From positions 34,381 through 98,380 of the forward strand of contig JAUCBJ010007299.1 in NCBI GenBank assembly GCA_032718475.1: a DNA stretch of 64,000 bases, written 5' to 3'. The stretch is from Nemertoderma westbladi (Eukaryota; Animalia; Xenacoelomorpha). Both the position numbers and the translations under genes were made by a program. Of this stretch, positions 50,401 through 61,419 are shown piece after piece. Numbering within the stretch: position 1 is the stretch's first letter; the number at the start of each line of letters is the position of its first letter. Below the pieces are notes generated by a model. It had not been told where the DNA came from and made no database searches. It saw nothing but the letters and a program-made list of their open reading frames with translations.

Positions 50401-52929
50401 CCCCCTTAATATAAATAGTCTTTTTGGAATGATAACAATTGTCCTATTTCTATGTAGCCATGTCAATCATAGTTCAGTTGGGAAACTAAATTCAAGAAAA
50501 GTCTCAATAAATCCTTTGCTGACTTGTATCTCTAAGTAAATTAAATAAAAAGTGAATATATTATACCAATTCATTTAAATAAAATTAATTCACTATTTCG
50601 CTGTAACATATAATGGGTTGGTTCGAATGATATTTCATAAATATGTATATTTTATATTTTATTCTACATACTGAATGGCCAACCAGTAATATTACATAGA
50701 TTAACATACAACTAATACTAATATTTTATAAACACATAACATTTGTTATATTAATTAAATTGATTTTAATTATTTCTGCATTTAGGGTGACTGTAAACAT
50801 ATCCTCTATGAGTGCACCATCAACAGTAATAATAGAAACTGGTGAGATCTCGGTTATAGAGGCAGTTCTGGAGATCAAAATAACAATCAATGAATATGTT
50901 GAAACGCTCATTGATCAGGAAATTATTGTAACAGCAACAGGAGGTTAGTATATTTCCAAAATAAATTAATTACAAACGACAATTGTAAAATGAAAGTACC
51001 GGTTTAGTGTTTCCAGGCCTCAAAACTTTAAAATTATAATGACAGACAGATCTACTGATATAATTATAAATGATAACTTGATTAAACAATTTTAAAGAAT
51101 AATCTATTCAATAATTTTTCTATGATTAATTAGTTAAGTATCTTAAAAATCATTAATAAATAGGATCAATTTCTAATAAGTTATTCGTAATAATATAATA
51201 ATTAATTAATAATAGTAATACCGGTATTTAGTAATATGGTGTTATTTTCTGACGACCTTTTGTAAGTTTTTTAAAAGTGTTTTTATAATTGAGTCAGCAC
51301 CTCAAAAGACCTATACAGATAAACAATTTTAATATGATGGATAAAAAAAAATTTGAAAATCGATTAAAATTAGATAACAATTGGAATCATTGGATACTAG
51401 AATTTTACATTCTGCCATAAATAATGATATCATTTTATGAAGGTCAGTAAATTAATCCACCAGGATACAGTATCGACACTCACTATAGCATCTCTATATT
51501 TATTTTTCACACACAGGTTACGATCCAAAGTACGAACTTAGTATCGAATATCTCGATATTCCTGGTAAACAGGTAGGGATCGATGTACCGGTAGCGAATT
51601 GGGGGCCTGAGCCGGATAGAACACCTACATTCGAGACGCCTGATGGTGTAATTGCTTACACATATACTTTTCCTCAGCGGGGTGTTTATAAAATAGTGGC
51701 CACAGGATTCAATAAAGTCACTTGTATTACTGATGAAATACTTGTATATGGTGAAGTAAGTAGAGTGCATTTAATATTAAAACAATATTGTCATACAGAA
51801 ATGATAGGAGATTTTTCTTTGATCTAGAAGTTAAGTTTGTTTATTACTTTTTATAAAAATTTGGCATATTTTAGTGAAAATGACATGGTTGATAATTAAT
51901 TATTTACAGTTGCATTCTTTTTTCTGTAGGCCCATGGTGTCAGTCCTGCCATCAATTTACTCCCAGTTTCAAGTTTTACTTCCATTCTCTTGTGTACTCC
52001 CAGTCCCCAGTTTACTACCAGTATCCAGTTCATTGTCTCCACTTTACTTTCAGTAACTATGAGCATACAGTTCATTACCACTCTCCAGTCATAGTGTACT
52101 CACAGGATGATTAAACTTTCAGTCTTCGATCTTTATGCGTTTCATACTATTTAATAACATGGGATGCTAGAGGCACGATCTCAATGCACCAACAGTTTCC
52201 CATTTTCGGCTTGGCTGTATACTTGGATTGTCCCTTGATTCACATGATATTAGTCATTTACAAAATAATATTATTTCAATAATTGTAATATAACAATATA
52301 TATCTTAATTCAATAATGATTATAATAACCAAATAATATTAAATTCTGCGAATGACTTATCCACATCAGTTATTTTATAGTAATTCTACGCTGTGGAGAT
52401 TTACATGACATAATGCTGTAATGCTAATGTATTTTAAAAAGGACATAAGGAACACAAGCTTTGTATGTGTTCCTAGCTACTATGCATAACATTCTTGATA
52501 AAAAACATTATCATTCCAGGTCTGGGAGATGTTAGGTACATAATAATAGGGGCAGGGTCCTCCAATTTTGCCAGAGTCGGAACTGTAGGTCGTAGAACAG
52601 AAGATAAATTTACAGTAGTATGAAATTATCAACAGTGTACAAGTAAAAGTACAGTAAAAACAGTAGTACAGTAAAGTGTACAGTAAAAATGTACATCCTT
52701 TTTTATTTTTTAGGTAAATTGCCTATAATTAATATTTAATTGCAGAATAGCATTACTAAAGATAAGTTAACAATGGAGTACACACGTGATGGAATCTGTG
52801 CTGTGCATGATAATGAAGCGGACAGTGTATCAGAAAGGAATGTTGTATTTACTGTTACCCTATTGGCTCTAAATCCAAAAACGGAATATCCCACTAATGC
52901 CAAACTTGCTTTGGATATTTTTGGATTTG
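38404..52929 (+). CDS. Polycystin-1-like (PKD1-like) extracellular protein gene, first 14 coding exons; continues downstream
   Basis: Exons: 38404-38461, 41303-41416, 41884-42076, 42455-42584, 44265-44446, 44828-44945, 45397-45589, 45950-46125, 46602-46817, 47182-47331, 49311-49477, 50786-50943, 51517-51755, 52746-52929. All are GT-AG and phase-compatible with an open frame. Domain order: signal peptide, EGF-like, WSC-like, PKD-like (YTRPGTFYIT; YTFPQRGVYKIVATGFNKV; GTNLKVQVDWSNG). The family call is inferred from this order. Confidence 0.75.
39195..39380. repeat. Dispersed repeat with internal ~62-bp duplications (relatives at ~24720-24780, 61420-61565, 62490-62535)
   Basis: Shared GGAGCAGGTTACAG...AACCAAAACAATAAACG motif in either orientation. 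Confidence 0.6.
39400..39795 (+). mobile_element. CRE-type (RLE-class) non-LTR retrotransposon remnant, internally deleted
   Basis: AIKSFPPGSSPGPSQLRSTHLK (pre-RT) is joined directly to SRSRPADIFLPNW (RLE-like motif). Confidence 0.6.
39815..41147 (+). mobile_element. RTE LINE copy with frameshifts and internal deletions (FADD changed to FAVD), no tail
   Basis: Near-identical to 29969-31333, extends ~100 bp further 5', and lies in intron 1 of the PKD1-like gene. Confidence 0.9.
41303..41416 (+). CDS. PKD1-like exon 2, EGF-like
   Basis: TCDPSCDATTQFCYESLSPGPACVCSFGEYGSAGACT; phase 1-1. Confidence 0.8.
41884..42076 (+). CDS. PKD1-like exon 3, WSC-like first half
   Basis: ...MVGSGCDERIPLL...TNSPSVCRGLCG; AG/GT bounded. 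Confidence 0.75.
42455..42584 (+). CDS. PKD1-like exon 4, WSC-like second half
   Basis: HAAMFDIMCLCA...CDANCNGDGIGC; GTAAGT donor. Confidence 0.75.
43580..44155 (+). mobile_element. RTE LINE 3' fragment with (TAG)n tail
   Basis: Matches the 3' part of the RTE ORF and ends CAGCATGCCGGTCGTAGTAGTAG. Confidence 0.85.
44265..44446 (+). CDS. PKD1-like exon 5
   Basis: Open frame with CAG and GTAATT boundaries; phase 0-2. Confidence 0.75.
44828..44945 (+). CDS. PKD1-like exon 6, PKD-like strand motif
   Basis: ITVQYTRPGTFYITAEI; phase 2-0. Confidence 0.75.
45397..45589 (+). CDS. PKD1-like exon 7
   Basis: QRITVEEEL...CIVRALFGTNLKVQVDWSNGD; phase 0-1. Confidence 0.75.
45950..46125 (+). CDS. PKD1-like exon 8
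   Basis: FTAGYPIP...PFKQHGYLKAAEVYCTGPGTIIVA; GTAAGT donor. Confidence 0.75.
46602..46817 (+). CDS. PKD1-like exon 9, Cys-rich
   Basis: VFKPTCLDGIDKC...C...C...C...C...C...C; 216 nt, phase 0-0. Confidence 0.7.
47182..47331 (+). CDS. PKD1-like exon 10
   Basis: 150-nt open exon, CAG/GTAAGT. Confidence 0.7.
47610..48590 (-). mobile_element. Decayed RTE LINE internal fragment with an internal duplication
   Basis: MEPILALRRIIEELS..FVDFFKAF; two copies of the DYVLRMSL..PPTGSRSRGNPAKYLTDLD segment. Confidence 0.85.
49311..49477 (+). CDS. PKD1-like exon 11
   Basis: TIVEVNPGYIIGIASG...; TTTTTTAG/GTAAGT. Confidence 0.7.
49504..50405. mobile_element. Non-autonomous TIR element with TTAA TSD (Kolobok-like)
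   Basis: TTAA|GGGGGGGGTACCCCC...GGGGGTACCCCCCCC|TTAA. Confidence 0.75.
50786..50943 (+). CDS. PKD1-like exon 12
   Basis: VTVNISSMSAP...ISVIEAVLEIKI...IIVTATG; phase 2-1. Confidence 0.7.
51517..51755 (+). CDS. PKD1-like exon 13, PKD domain-like
   Basis: YTYTFPQRGVYKIVATGFNKVTC; phase 1-0. Confidence 0.75.
52746..52929 (+). CDS. PKD1-like exon 14
   Basis: NSITKDKL...VVFTVTL...YPTNAKLALDIFGF; GTAAGT donor. Confidence 0.7.
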
Positions 52930-53273
52930 GTAAGTTTGAATGGTCAAAAATAGTCAAATAGTAGAATTAGTCAAAAATACATATTACTTATTTAGAAACA
53001 ATGAGCCTGGTACACTGCTAAAACAGTGTATAATGGTCACCAAAGGACTACTATTACAACCTTTTCTTTACAAAAGCAAGGTATTGCTATTACTGGGTGT
53101 ACCAATTAAGAAATTGTAACTGGCTAATAACAAAAAAAGTTTTAAAATTGTATGCCCTTTTCCACATACCATTAATTGTTCATCTTAATACTGCCATATA
53201 GAAGCCTAAATGAGATCCTGGTTTTTGTGCCTTGTAATTCACTTTGTCAGTGCTTCTTGGATTCCATTGTTAA

Positions 53274-55150
53274 CCCCTTGCAGCCCATGACATACATGGT
53301 ATGTCACGAAGTAGGGCTCCATGGCATATATGGATGTCATAGATATATCTCATGTCTCATGTCTTACATGCTTTTATATCAGCTGTGGAGCTCTTGGTTG
53401 CAATTATATTGAGCGGGGAATTCAAATTACCTGGAATAATATTTGCTATTTTAATGCTATTATCGCTACAATATTGGTATGAATTATTGCACGTTTATCA
53501 TAATATGCAATTGTTGGCATTTGTAAGCATTTATTATGTTTACCCAGTTTCGTGTGTAGTAGGCCTGTTGTATTAGTACATTATTACAGTAATGGGTAGG
53601 CAATTGTTAGTACCTACATACAGTATCAACCAATATAGCTGAATATGGTAGGCCTGTATTACTGGTACAACTAATTGGTATTGTAATTTGTAATATTGAA
53701 TCTCCTGCATATGATGGAGAAATCCTATCCAAGGTGGCAAGCCAAGCCGTTGAAACGTCTTGGATTCGATGAATCCTCATCTGGATCTTCCGAAGAAGAC
53801 CTGGATGACACTGCGGATGATATTTCGGACCCTTCAACTTCCTCTTCAGATACGGAATCAATCACTGTTGCATCTCCTAATACAGGGATGGGAGTTCCAG
53901 TTACGAGTTCCAGGGAAGAGGTGACGGGAGAGACAGACCTGATAAACCTGGATAGGCCGTTCCAGATTCAGGGATCGAAGTCTGTATGGCAGAATGGTCT
54001 AGTTACTACAGATTTTACTGTCAGAAACTACATCGATGTATCCATAACCAATAAATTAGTCCAGTTACTGTGTGATTGCACAAATAAACAAATCAATCAG
54101 CAGAGAGAGAGAACAATATCCTGAACTGAAAGATATCTCAAACTTACAGGAAATCCGATCGTTTATTGGGATTATTCTTCTCATGGTGATTATAAGAAAG
54201 CCCACTCTCCATGAGTATTGGTCTACTCGTTCAATTATAGCAACCCCCTATATTCCCACTATCATGTCACGCAATCGATTCACAGAAATCCTGAAGTATA
54301 TGCATTTTTCTGATCCAGGTACATATATCGAAACTGATAAATCAATGAGACTCACTGATTTTATGAATGTACTCCATGAAATAATTGGAGTTTACATACC
54401 TGAACAGGGACTCTCTCTTGACGAGTCCCTCCTCCTATTCAAAGGGAGACTGCACTTCAAACAATTTATTCGAATCAAACATGCTCGCTTTGGCATCAAA
54501 CTGTACTTGTTATGTGACACCTTAGGCTACTTATTATCTACTATCATTTATTATGGCGCAAAAAGCGCGATGAAGTCGATGAGCCAAACTCTGGTTCTTT
54601 CAAAGCCAGAACTAGTTGTAGTTGCTCTCTTGAGCAAAATTCACTATCTCGATGTTGGATATCATGTCAACCTTGACAACCGGTATTGTAGCCTCCGGCT
54701 AGCCAAATTTCTGAAATTTCGACGAAACACCGGAATGAGGGGGACTATAAGAGAGAACCGAGGTGTACCAGCTGTTTTAAATAATAAAACTATGACCCCC
54801 CATCTCGTCTGCATTCGCCAGTATTGATAATGAGGGTGGATCAGTTCTGATGATCAAGTTCTGCGATAAGAGAAGAGTGTACTTCATTTCTACTATCAAC
54901 AATGCGACCTTGGTTGAGAAGACTCGGCATACAGTAGATGGATCAGTCACATACATGAAACCATCTGCTATTGATGAATATAACCATAAGATGGGAGGTC
55001 TCGATGTGATATCTCGATGTGATGGACCAAATAATATCTTCGGCTGATTGTTGTCATAAATCCTTACTTGGTTCAAAAAAATTGGTTTACATTATCTTGA
55101 ACGTTTAGTACTCAATTCATATATACACTATAAAAAAGACTCCTAAGACT
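53274..55150 (+). mobile_element. Decayed piggyBac (PGBD4-like) transposon; frameshifted transposase ~53696-55140
   Basis: Left end TTAA|CCCCTTGCAGCCC. Motifs EIRSFIGI..YWST..MSRNRFTEILKYMHF, LSLDESLLLFKGR..KQFI..K.ARFGIKLY, GYHVNLDNRY, GTIRENR, KPSAIDEYNHKMGGLD. The right TIR was not found. Confidence 0.88.
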
Positions 55151-55379
55151 GCTAAGAAAACATTCGGCGTTTAATATTATCCATACTGTATGTACCTTTC
55201 TTCAGCTTATCTTTATGATAAAATCAATAGTTATTGTACTCTGTACTGTATGTATAGTATGGTACTACTAGGTACAACCATTATAAAAATGATATTAGTT
55301 TTTCTACAATACTTTTCGTTTACACTAAAAATATATCACCCAGTAACACATTAATCAAACTATAAATTAACCAAAATTG

Positions 55380-56195
55380 TGACACAATTTTTGATGTAAA
55401 TTGATGAACTTGAGACGCGACTTGACGGAATTGTGATGTAACTTGATGAACTAGTGACACAACTTTTGATGTAAAGTGATGAAATTTAGATGCGACTTGG
55501 TGGAATTGTGATGAAACTTGATGAACTTTTAGTACAACTTGATGAACTTGAGAAACGACTTTTGGTACAACTTGACAAACTTTTAACACGACTTGACGAA
55601 CTTGAGACACGTCTTTTAATGAAACTTGATGTACTTTTAGCTCAACTTTACGAACTTTGTAGACAACTAGTAGTGGTACAACTCGACTAACTTTTAACAC
55701 GACTTTACGAACTTGAGACACGCCTTTTGATGAAACTTGATGTACTTTTAGTTCAACTTTACGAACTTTGTAAACGACTATTAGTGGTACAACTTGACAA
55801 ACTTTTAACACGACTTTACGAACTTGAGACACTCCTTTTAATGAAACTTGATGAACTTTTAGCTCAATTTTATGACATTTGTAAACGACTAGTAGTGGTA
55901 CAACTTGACAAACTTTTAACACTACTTTACGAACGTGAGGCAAGCCTTTTAATGAAACTTGATGTACTTTTAGCTCAACTTTACAAACTTTGTAAACGAC
56001 TAGTATTGGTACAACTTGACAAACTTTTAACACTACTTTACGAACTTGAGACATGACTTTTAATGAAACTTGATGTACTTTTAGCTCAACTTTACGAACT
56101 TTGTAAACGACTAGTAGTGGTACAACTTGACAAATTTTTAATACGACTTTACGAACTTGAGACACAAAACCTTTTTATGAATCTTGACGAACTTT
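55380..56195. repeat. 111-bp tandem repeat (~5.5 copies) preceded by related 21-bp subunits
   Basis: GAAACTTGATG recurs at 55621, 55732, 55843, 55954 and 56065. Confidence 0.85.
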
Positions 56196-56299
56196 TGCCA
56201 GCGAAAATGGCGTTTAAATAAACTTTACATAGTCCTATGTATAAGAATCCAAACAGGCCTAGCTAATAGTTTATCCTAGAATATATAGAGTAGACAGTA

Positions 56300-57800
56300 G
56301 ACTAAGTACTCGAGTGTGGATCTGAGAGATTGATCGTACCTCTCTAGGAGGTCAGGACGGTTGAAACAGGGCGCAGTACGGAGGAAATACTGAAGACGAG
56401 GGATCGAAAAGCAATTCTTGAAGTAAAACCCATGGTGGCTGTCAAGGAGGTGAATTCTGGAGTGGATCGTATCCAGGTCCTCTATCTTATTCCCCAGACA
56501 AGTTCTCGTCTCTTTTGAACCAATCGGAGCACCCAGCATCACAAGATCTTCGGGTGGGGGAAAACGAATTCCACTACATATGGAGTTAAACTCACCCTGG
56601 ATATGGGTGCGATCTGCTGTGGAAAGTTGTCCCAGGAAGAATAACTAACTCACATTTCCCTGGATTCAGCTTCAATCCCAATTTCTCTCCTTCCTGTATA
56701 ATGTTGACTAAATCCTCCAGAACGATGTTACTTTGACCTGCCAAGTTTCCATCATCCAGGTTCCAAACATTAAATAGAGATTTCATGGAATGATTAAGTT
56801 CATTGGTGCTATCTCCAAATAAGTTTGGGCCTTCAGGGTTGCCTTGTTGGACTCCCTCTGCCGATTCTAGAACAGAATTACCATAAAAAAGATGGCTGGA
56901 TTCCCCATATGCTGACAATGTGTAGTTGTAAATGGAGGGAAATCGCTGTGAAACTGTATCTAACATTACATCACGGGGAAGGGAGTTGAACGCATTGCTG
57001 AAGTCAACCTTCAGAAGGACCCAGTTGTTGTCGAGGATGACATAAGACCTGGTGGCATGGGCAGTGGCTTCAGCGCCGTACTTTGTTCCAATACCAACCT
57101 GTGTATTCCCATACGAAGCTGAGCGTTCCTCTTTCATCAGATGACCAGCGAACTTAGCACAGAGGCAGCGCAGAGTTACCCCAATAGTGATTGGTCGAAT
57201 TCCCCCACAGTTCTTCGTAAACGTGAAAAGATTAGCCCGAAAAAATATGGGTCTAACGGAGGGAGGAAATTCCCCGTTGATGACTACATCCACATACTTC
57301 GATATGGCCACCAGGAAACGATTACCAGATTCTCCCGTAGAAGAACCAATGAGATCCTTAAAAAACCCGAAGCGGTTAGACAGAAGTGGCTGACAAAGAG
57401 CAGCTTCTTCCATGACTCTAAACATGCCGGGGTCGTTGCTATTGTCTGGAGTATTTAGCTTATTAAGTCCGCGAAATTACTGCTCAATGCCTTAGGGACA
57501 TGTTTCAGCTGTCTGCTTCTGAGGTTAATCAAGCTCTCCAAGATGGAAGTGGACTCTTTGTTTGTTTCGCTGGTTGATGAGACAAGATCGGTGGGTGGAG
57601 GGGTAGTGGCATTGGCCGGGAGTTCACCAGAACCACTGCAGCGGTTGTAGAGAGGACCATGGACACGTACTTTATTTACCATTCTTATTAACGGAAATCT
57701 CTCTCTCACAGATTGGGTTGCACAGCTTAGATGGAAGAGTGCCATTTCTGGCATTTCTGCTCCGAGTTTATTGGTGCTCGGTTTGATGGTGGCGTTTCCC
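56300..57800 (-). mobile_element. CRE-type non-LTR retrotransposon, decayed RT region
   Basis: GGIRPITIGVTLR, QVGIG..GAEATAH, KVDFSNAFNS, GVQQGNPEGP, WNLDDG, GLKLNPGKCE, LGAPIG, IPRLQYFLRT. Confidence 0.85.
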
Positions 57801-57810
57801 CGATGTACCC

Positions 57811-60027
57811 TTGTAAAACGAGGATCCCAGCAAAATCCGCGGATCCTGTTGCGGATGCCATAGAAGCAATGACGGATCCCAGTAGGATCCGCGGATCCTA
57901 GAAACCACGGATCCGCGGATCCAATAATAGTCTATGGTATCCGCATTATACAAATTTGTAAAACGCGGATCCCATAGCAAACCATTAAGGCAGCGGATCC
58001 CATATAGACATCATTGAATATCCTTTACATGTCGCTTATGGCAGTATGGTGTCCGCTGTTTACAAATTTGTAAAGAGCGGATCCCGTTCATTCAATGCAA
58101 ATACCGGTACAGTAGTTAGGCCTTAATTATGTAGTTAGTTAACAGTTAAGCATATAGATTAAGGGATAAGATTCAGGGTTTCTAGGAAATAATTAAGTGC
58201 AATAATTTTTAGAATAAAAAGACGTATATATCGTATATGCGTCATTGTATTCTAAAAAATGCACTTAATTCTTTCCTCCACCGGTATTAAATTAAATACC
58301 GGTAGCTTTATTTACCTTACAGTCTCTTGATGTATAAAATTGACTTTTGTTTATAGGCTATATGATGTAGATATAATAGCTTGTTAATTTTTTGTTTAAT
58401 TTTTTTTTATATTATTTATTAGGCCTATAGGTACGGTAATTGGCACAGCTTTAATATGATATAATTAGGGCCTGAAGCGGTTAACCGGTTAATTCAAATT
58501 ATCCGGTTATAAATTGATTAACCGGTTAACCGGCTTAATGTCCCATTTTGAGGTTTTCAGGTTCTGTTACCAGTTTTATTACCTGTATGTTACCATTTTA
58601 ATTAATGTTTATTTCCCATTGCGATGTTTCAGAAATTCATTTTGTACTGTATGCAGCTGTAGGACTACAGTACAGTATACATACACTATAGTACTGGTGG
58701 CTCTATCACAATAGAGCAATAGAGGCACTTAACAGTATTGCAAGTAGGGACGGATACCTCTTAGCTTAGCTTACATAAAAATATACATACCGGTACTGTA
58801 GCTTAAGTTTAGGGACTGTCAGCGATATAACTTTCAGTTTCATAGTATGTACCGTAGTATGTATGTTGCACCATTGTACCACAAACATTTCTACTTTTTA
58901 ACCGGTTAATTGGAAATGGTTAACCGGTTGACTGAAAAATTAACCGCTTCAGGCCCTAGATATAATTTTAAATCTAATAATTAATCTGGTAAAATATTAT
59001 TATGTATGATACAATAGGTACGGTAATTAAGTTAATTAATAAAAAAATTATTTATTTATCAGTATTAATTTCTTTAATAAATTGAAATTTAATGAGGTCT
59101 TACTTATAAATTATGTATTATGTCATCTTCCTGTTAATTTGTATCATGAAAAGAATAACTCAAAGTCAAAATAGTTTCGCCACTTTTCACCCTTTAGCGG
59201 TGTGAATCATAATTTTTATTCTCACTTTCATTCTTTAGATGCAATCGTTTAAAAAGTGTCTCCGTCGATATTGCACCAGTCCTTTTTCCTCAACCTTATA
59301 GCAATCGTTGGTTACTGTGAAATAGGTGGTAGACTTAATTAACAAGGATTCCAAATATGCTGAATGTAGATGAGAAATAGCTGGATATGGTCGTCCAAAG
59401 CGATCTAATTAAGATTTGTATTATGTAAGACTTTAGTAGTTAATTAATTATGAGACTGTATTCCAGGGCATGATGTACAGTACACAAGATGTTATATATT
59501 ATATTATTATTGTAATTTACTGTTTGGTCTCCTGGTCTCGTTTATATTCGTGATTTATATAAAAAAAAATACAGTGATATTTTAGTTTATTTTGTATATC
59601 AATATATTTGTCGAATATATGCTACGGTATATATGCTATATATGCTATATGAATATATGCTCGCTTATTATTATTATTATTATATGCTTATTAACTGTTA
59701 ACTAACTACATAATTAAGGCCTAACTACTGTACCGGTATTTGCATTGAATGAACGGGATCCGCTCTTTACAAATTTGTAAACAGCGGACACCATAAGAGA
59801 CATGTAAAGGTTATTCAATGGTGTCTATGGGATCCGCTGCCTTAATGGTTTTCTATGGGATCCGCGTTTTACAAATTTGTATAATGCGGATACCATAGAC
59901 TATTATTGGATCCGCGGATCCGTGGTTTCTAGGATCCGCGGATCCTACTGGGATCCGTCATTGCTTCTATGGTATCCGCAACAGGATCCGCGGATTTTGC
60001 TGGTATCCTCGTTTTACAAATGCCCCC
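57811..60027. mobile_element. Non-autonomous element with ~300-bp GGATCC-rich TIRs; left tip truncated
   Basis: 57811-58125 is the reverse complement of ~59715-60018; the right end reads ...TTTTACAAATGCCCCC. Confidence 0.85.
58466..58958. mobile_element. hAT-like MITE with 8-bp TSD GATATAAT, nested in the previous element
   Basis: TAGGGCCTGAAGCGGTTAA...TTAACCGCTTCAGGCCCTA; GATATAAT at 58458-58465 and 58959-58966; TTAACCGGTTAA subterminal motifs. Confidence 0.92.
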
Positions 60028-61069
60028 TTTAAGGCTTAAAGAATTGAATAAACAAAATCTGCTACAGTGCAGCAGTGCTATTATATACCGGTATTGGCAA
60101 TGGCTAATTATTATTGGTTGCTTCAATTCTTAATAATTTGATTTGCTGTACCTACTGTTATGCCTGACGCCTGACTGCTTTCGGTATAACTGGGTATATC
60201 TTTTGCGTACAGGGGTAGGGCAGTAGGGCCTAATAGAATAGTGAATACAGATAGGCCTACTGACAGACTGAGATATGGAATACCGAATAATGGTAACCTG
60301 AACTTTTCATGTTAGCAATATTCCATTCTCATTGACTCTGTGCAGCTGTGTTAAACAGGATTAGGTAACGTGATTGCAGGATTGGTTGCTGCTTAGTCCA
60401 GTCAGCCAGTATGCAGTAGTCTGTTAGTAGCAACCCCTAGCCACGCTAGCTGCCTAGCAGGTTTCTGGGTTTCTCCAACCACAGCACTTGTTTTATACAA
60501 AACTGGAAACTATACTGGCAGTCGGTGAGAAGTCAAAAATTGGACTTCAAGTCCAATTTTAGACTTCAAGTCCAATTTTGAACTCCGAAGTCCAGAAGTC
60601 CAATATTGGACTTTAGTACAACTCCAAGTGTACCCATGCTGCTATACTGTATATATCGGTATTTAAATCAAAACTGCATCCTGCAGTCAGTACATCCATA
60701 TCATGCATATTACAGTATTACATAATTAATTACAATGCAACATTCTGACATTATTCTAAGTCTGTAAGTATTAGGCCTATAAGCAGGGATCGCATACATA
60801 CAGTCAGACATCAGTAGTCACTTTTTGCGGTAGTCAGGTAGTGGTATGACTTTGCAGTAGCCTTACTTACTGCCTTAGCGGTGTATACCGCACCGTGGTA
60901 ATTGAGTTATAGCTGTATAGTTCATTCATACCCATACCTGTGGTATTTTCATAAGGCAAAAATAAGACTACTGTTAACCGTAACCTATTATGTTATTGAA
61001 TTAATAATGTTTATTGACTAATTGTTTTGATTAGGTTCACTGTGTCAAGCGCTATAGGCTGATAGGGCC

Positions 61070-61419
61070 TATAACATTGGAGTTGGAGGTGTCTCATTGG
61101 TTCCCTCAAGCTTGACACTAGAACAAAGCCGCCTCCGCTTTGTAGGACATTGCTTTCGCCGTGAGGACCAATCAGTGCACCTCATGGAGTGAATAAGCAT
61201 GGTGGACAGCCCATGACTTTCTTGATACGCATCTTTCTTACTGTCTTAAAGGACACTGGCCTTGAAGATGCGGATGATCTAACAAATGTCATGAGTGATA
61301 AGGCTGTAAGGGAGTTGTGGAGGCGCAATTTTGTCAACAAGCCGGCACAGCATTCTTAATAGGGCCTATATATATAATGCAGCTGCAATGCAGCATGCCG
61401 ATTGTAGTACCGTAGTAGT
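61070..61419 (+). mobile_element. RTE LINE 3' fragment carrying several micro-insertions
   Basis: Aligns by eye to 31073-31390 and has the same 3' UTR and tail. Confidence 0.9.

Noticed and set aside
55320-56165. 281-aa Val/Lys/Gln-rich ORF
   Set aside because: It is a by-product of the 111-bp tandem repeat and has no recognisable domain.
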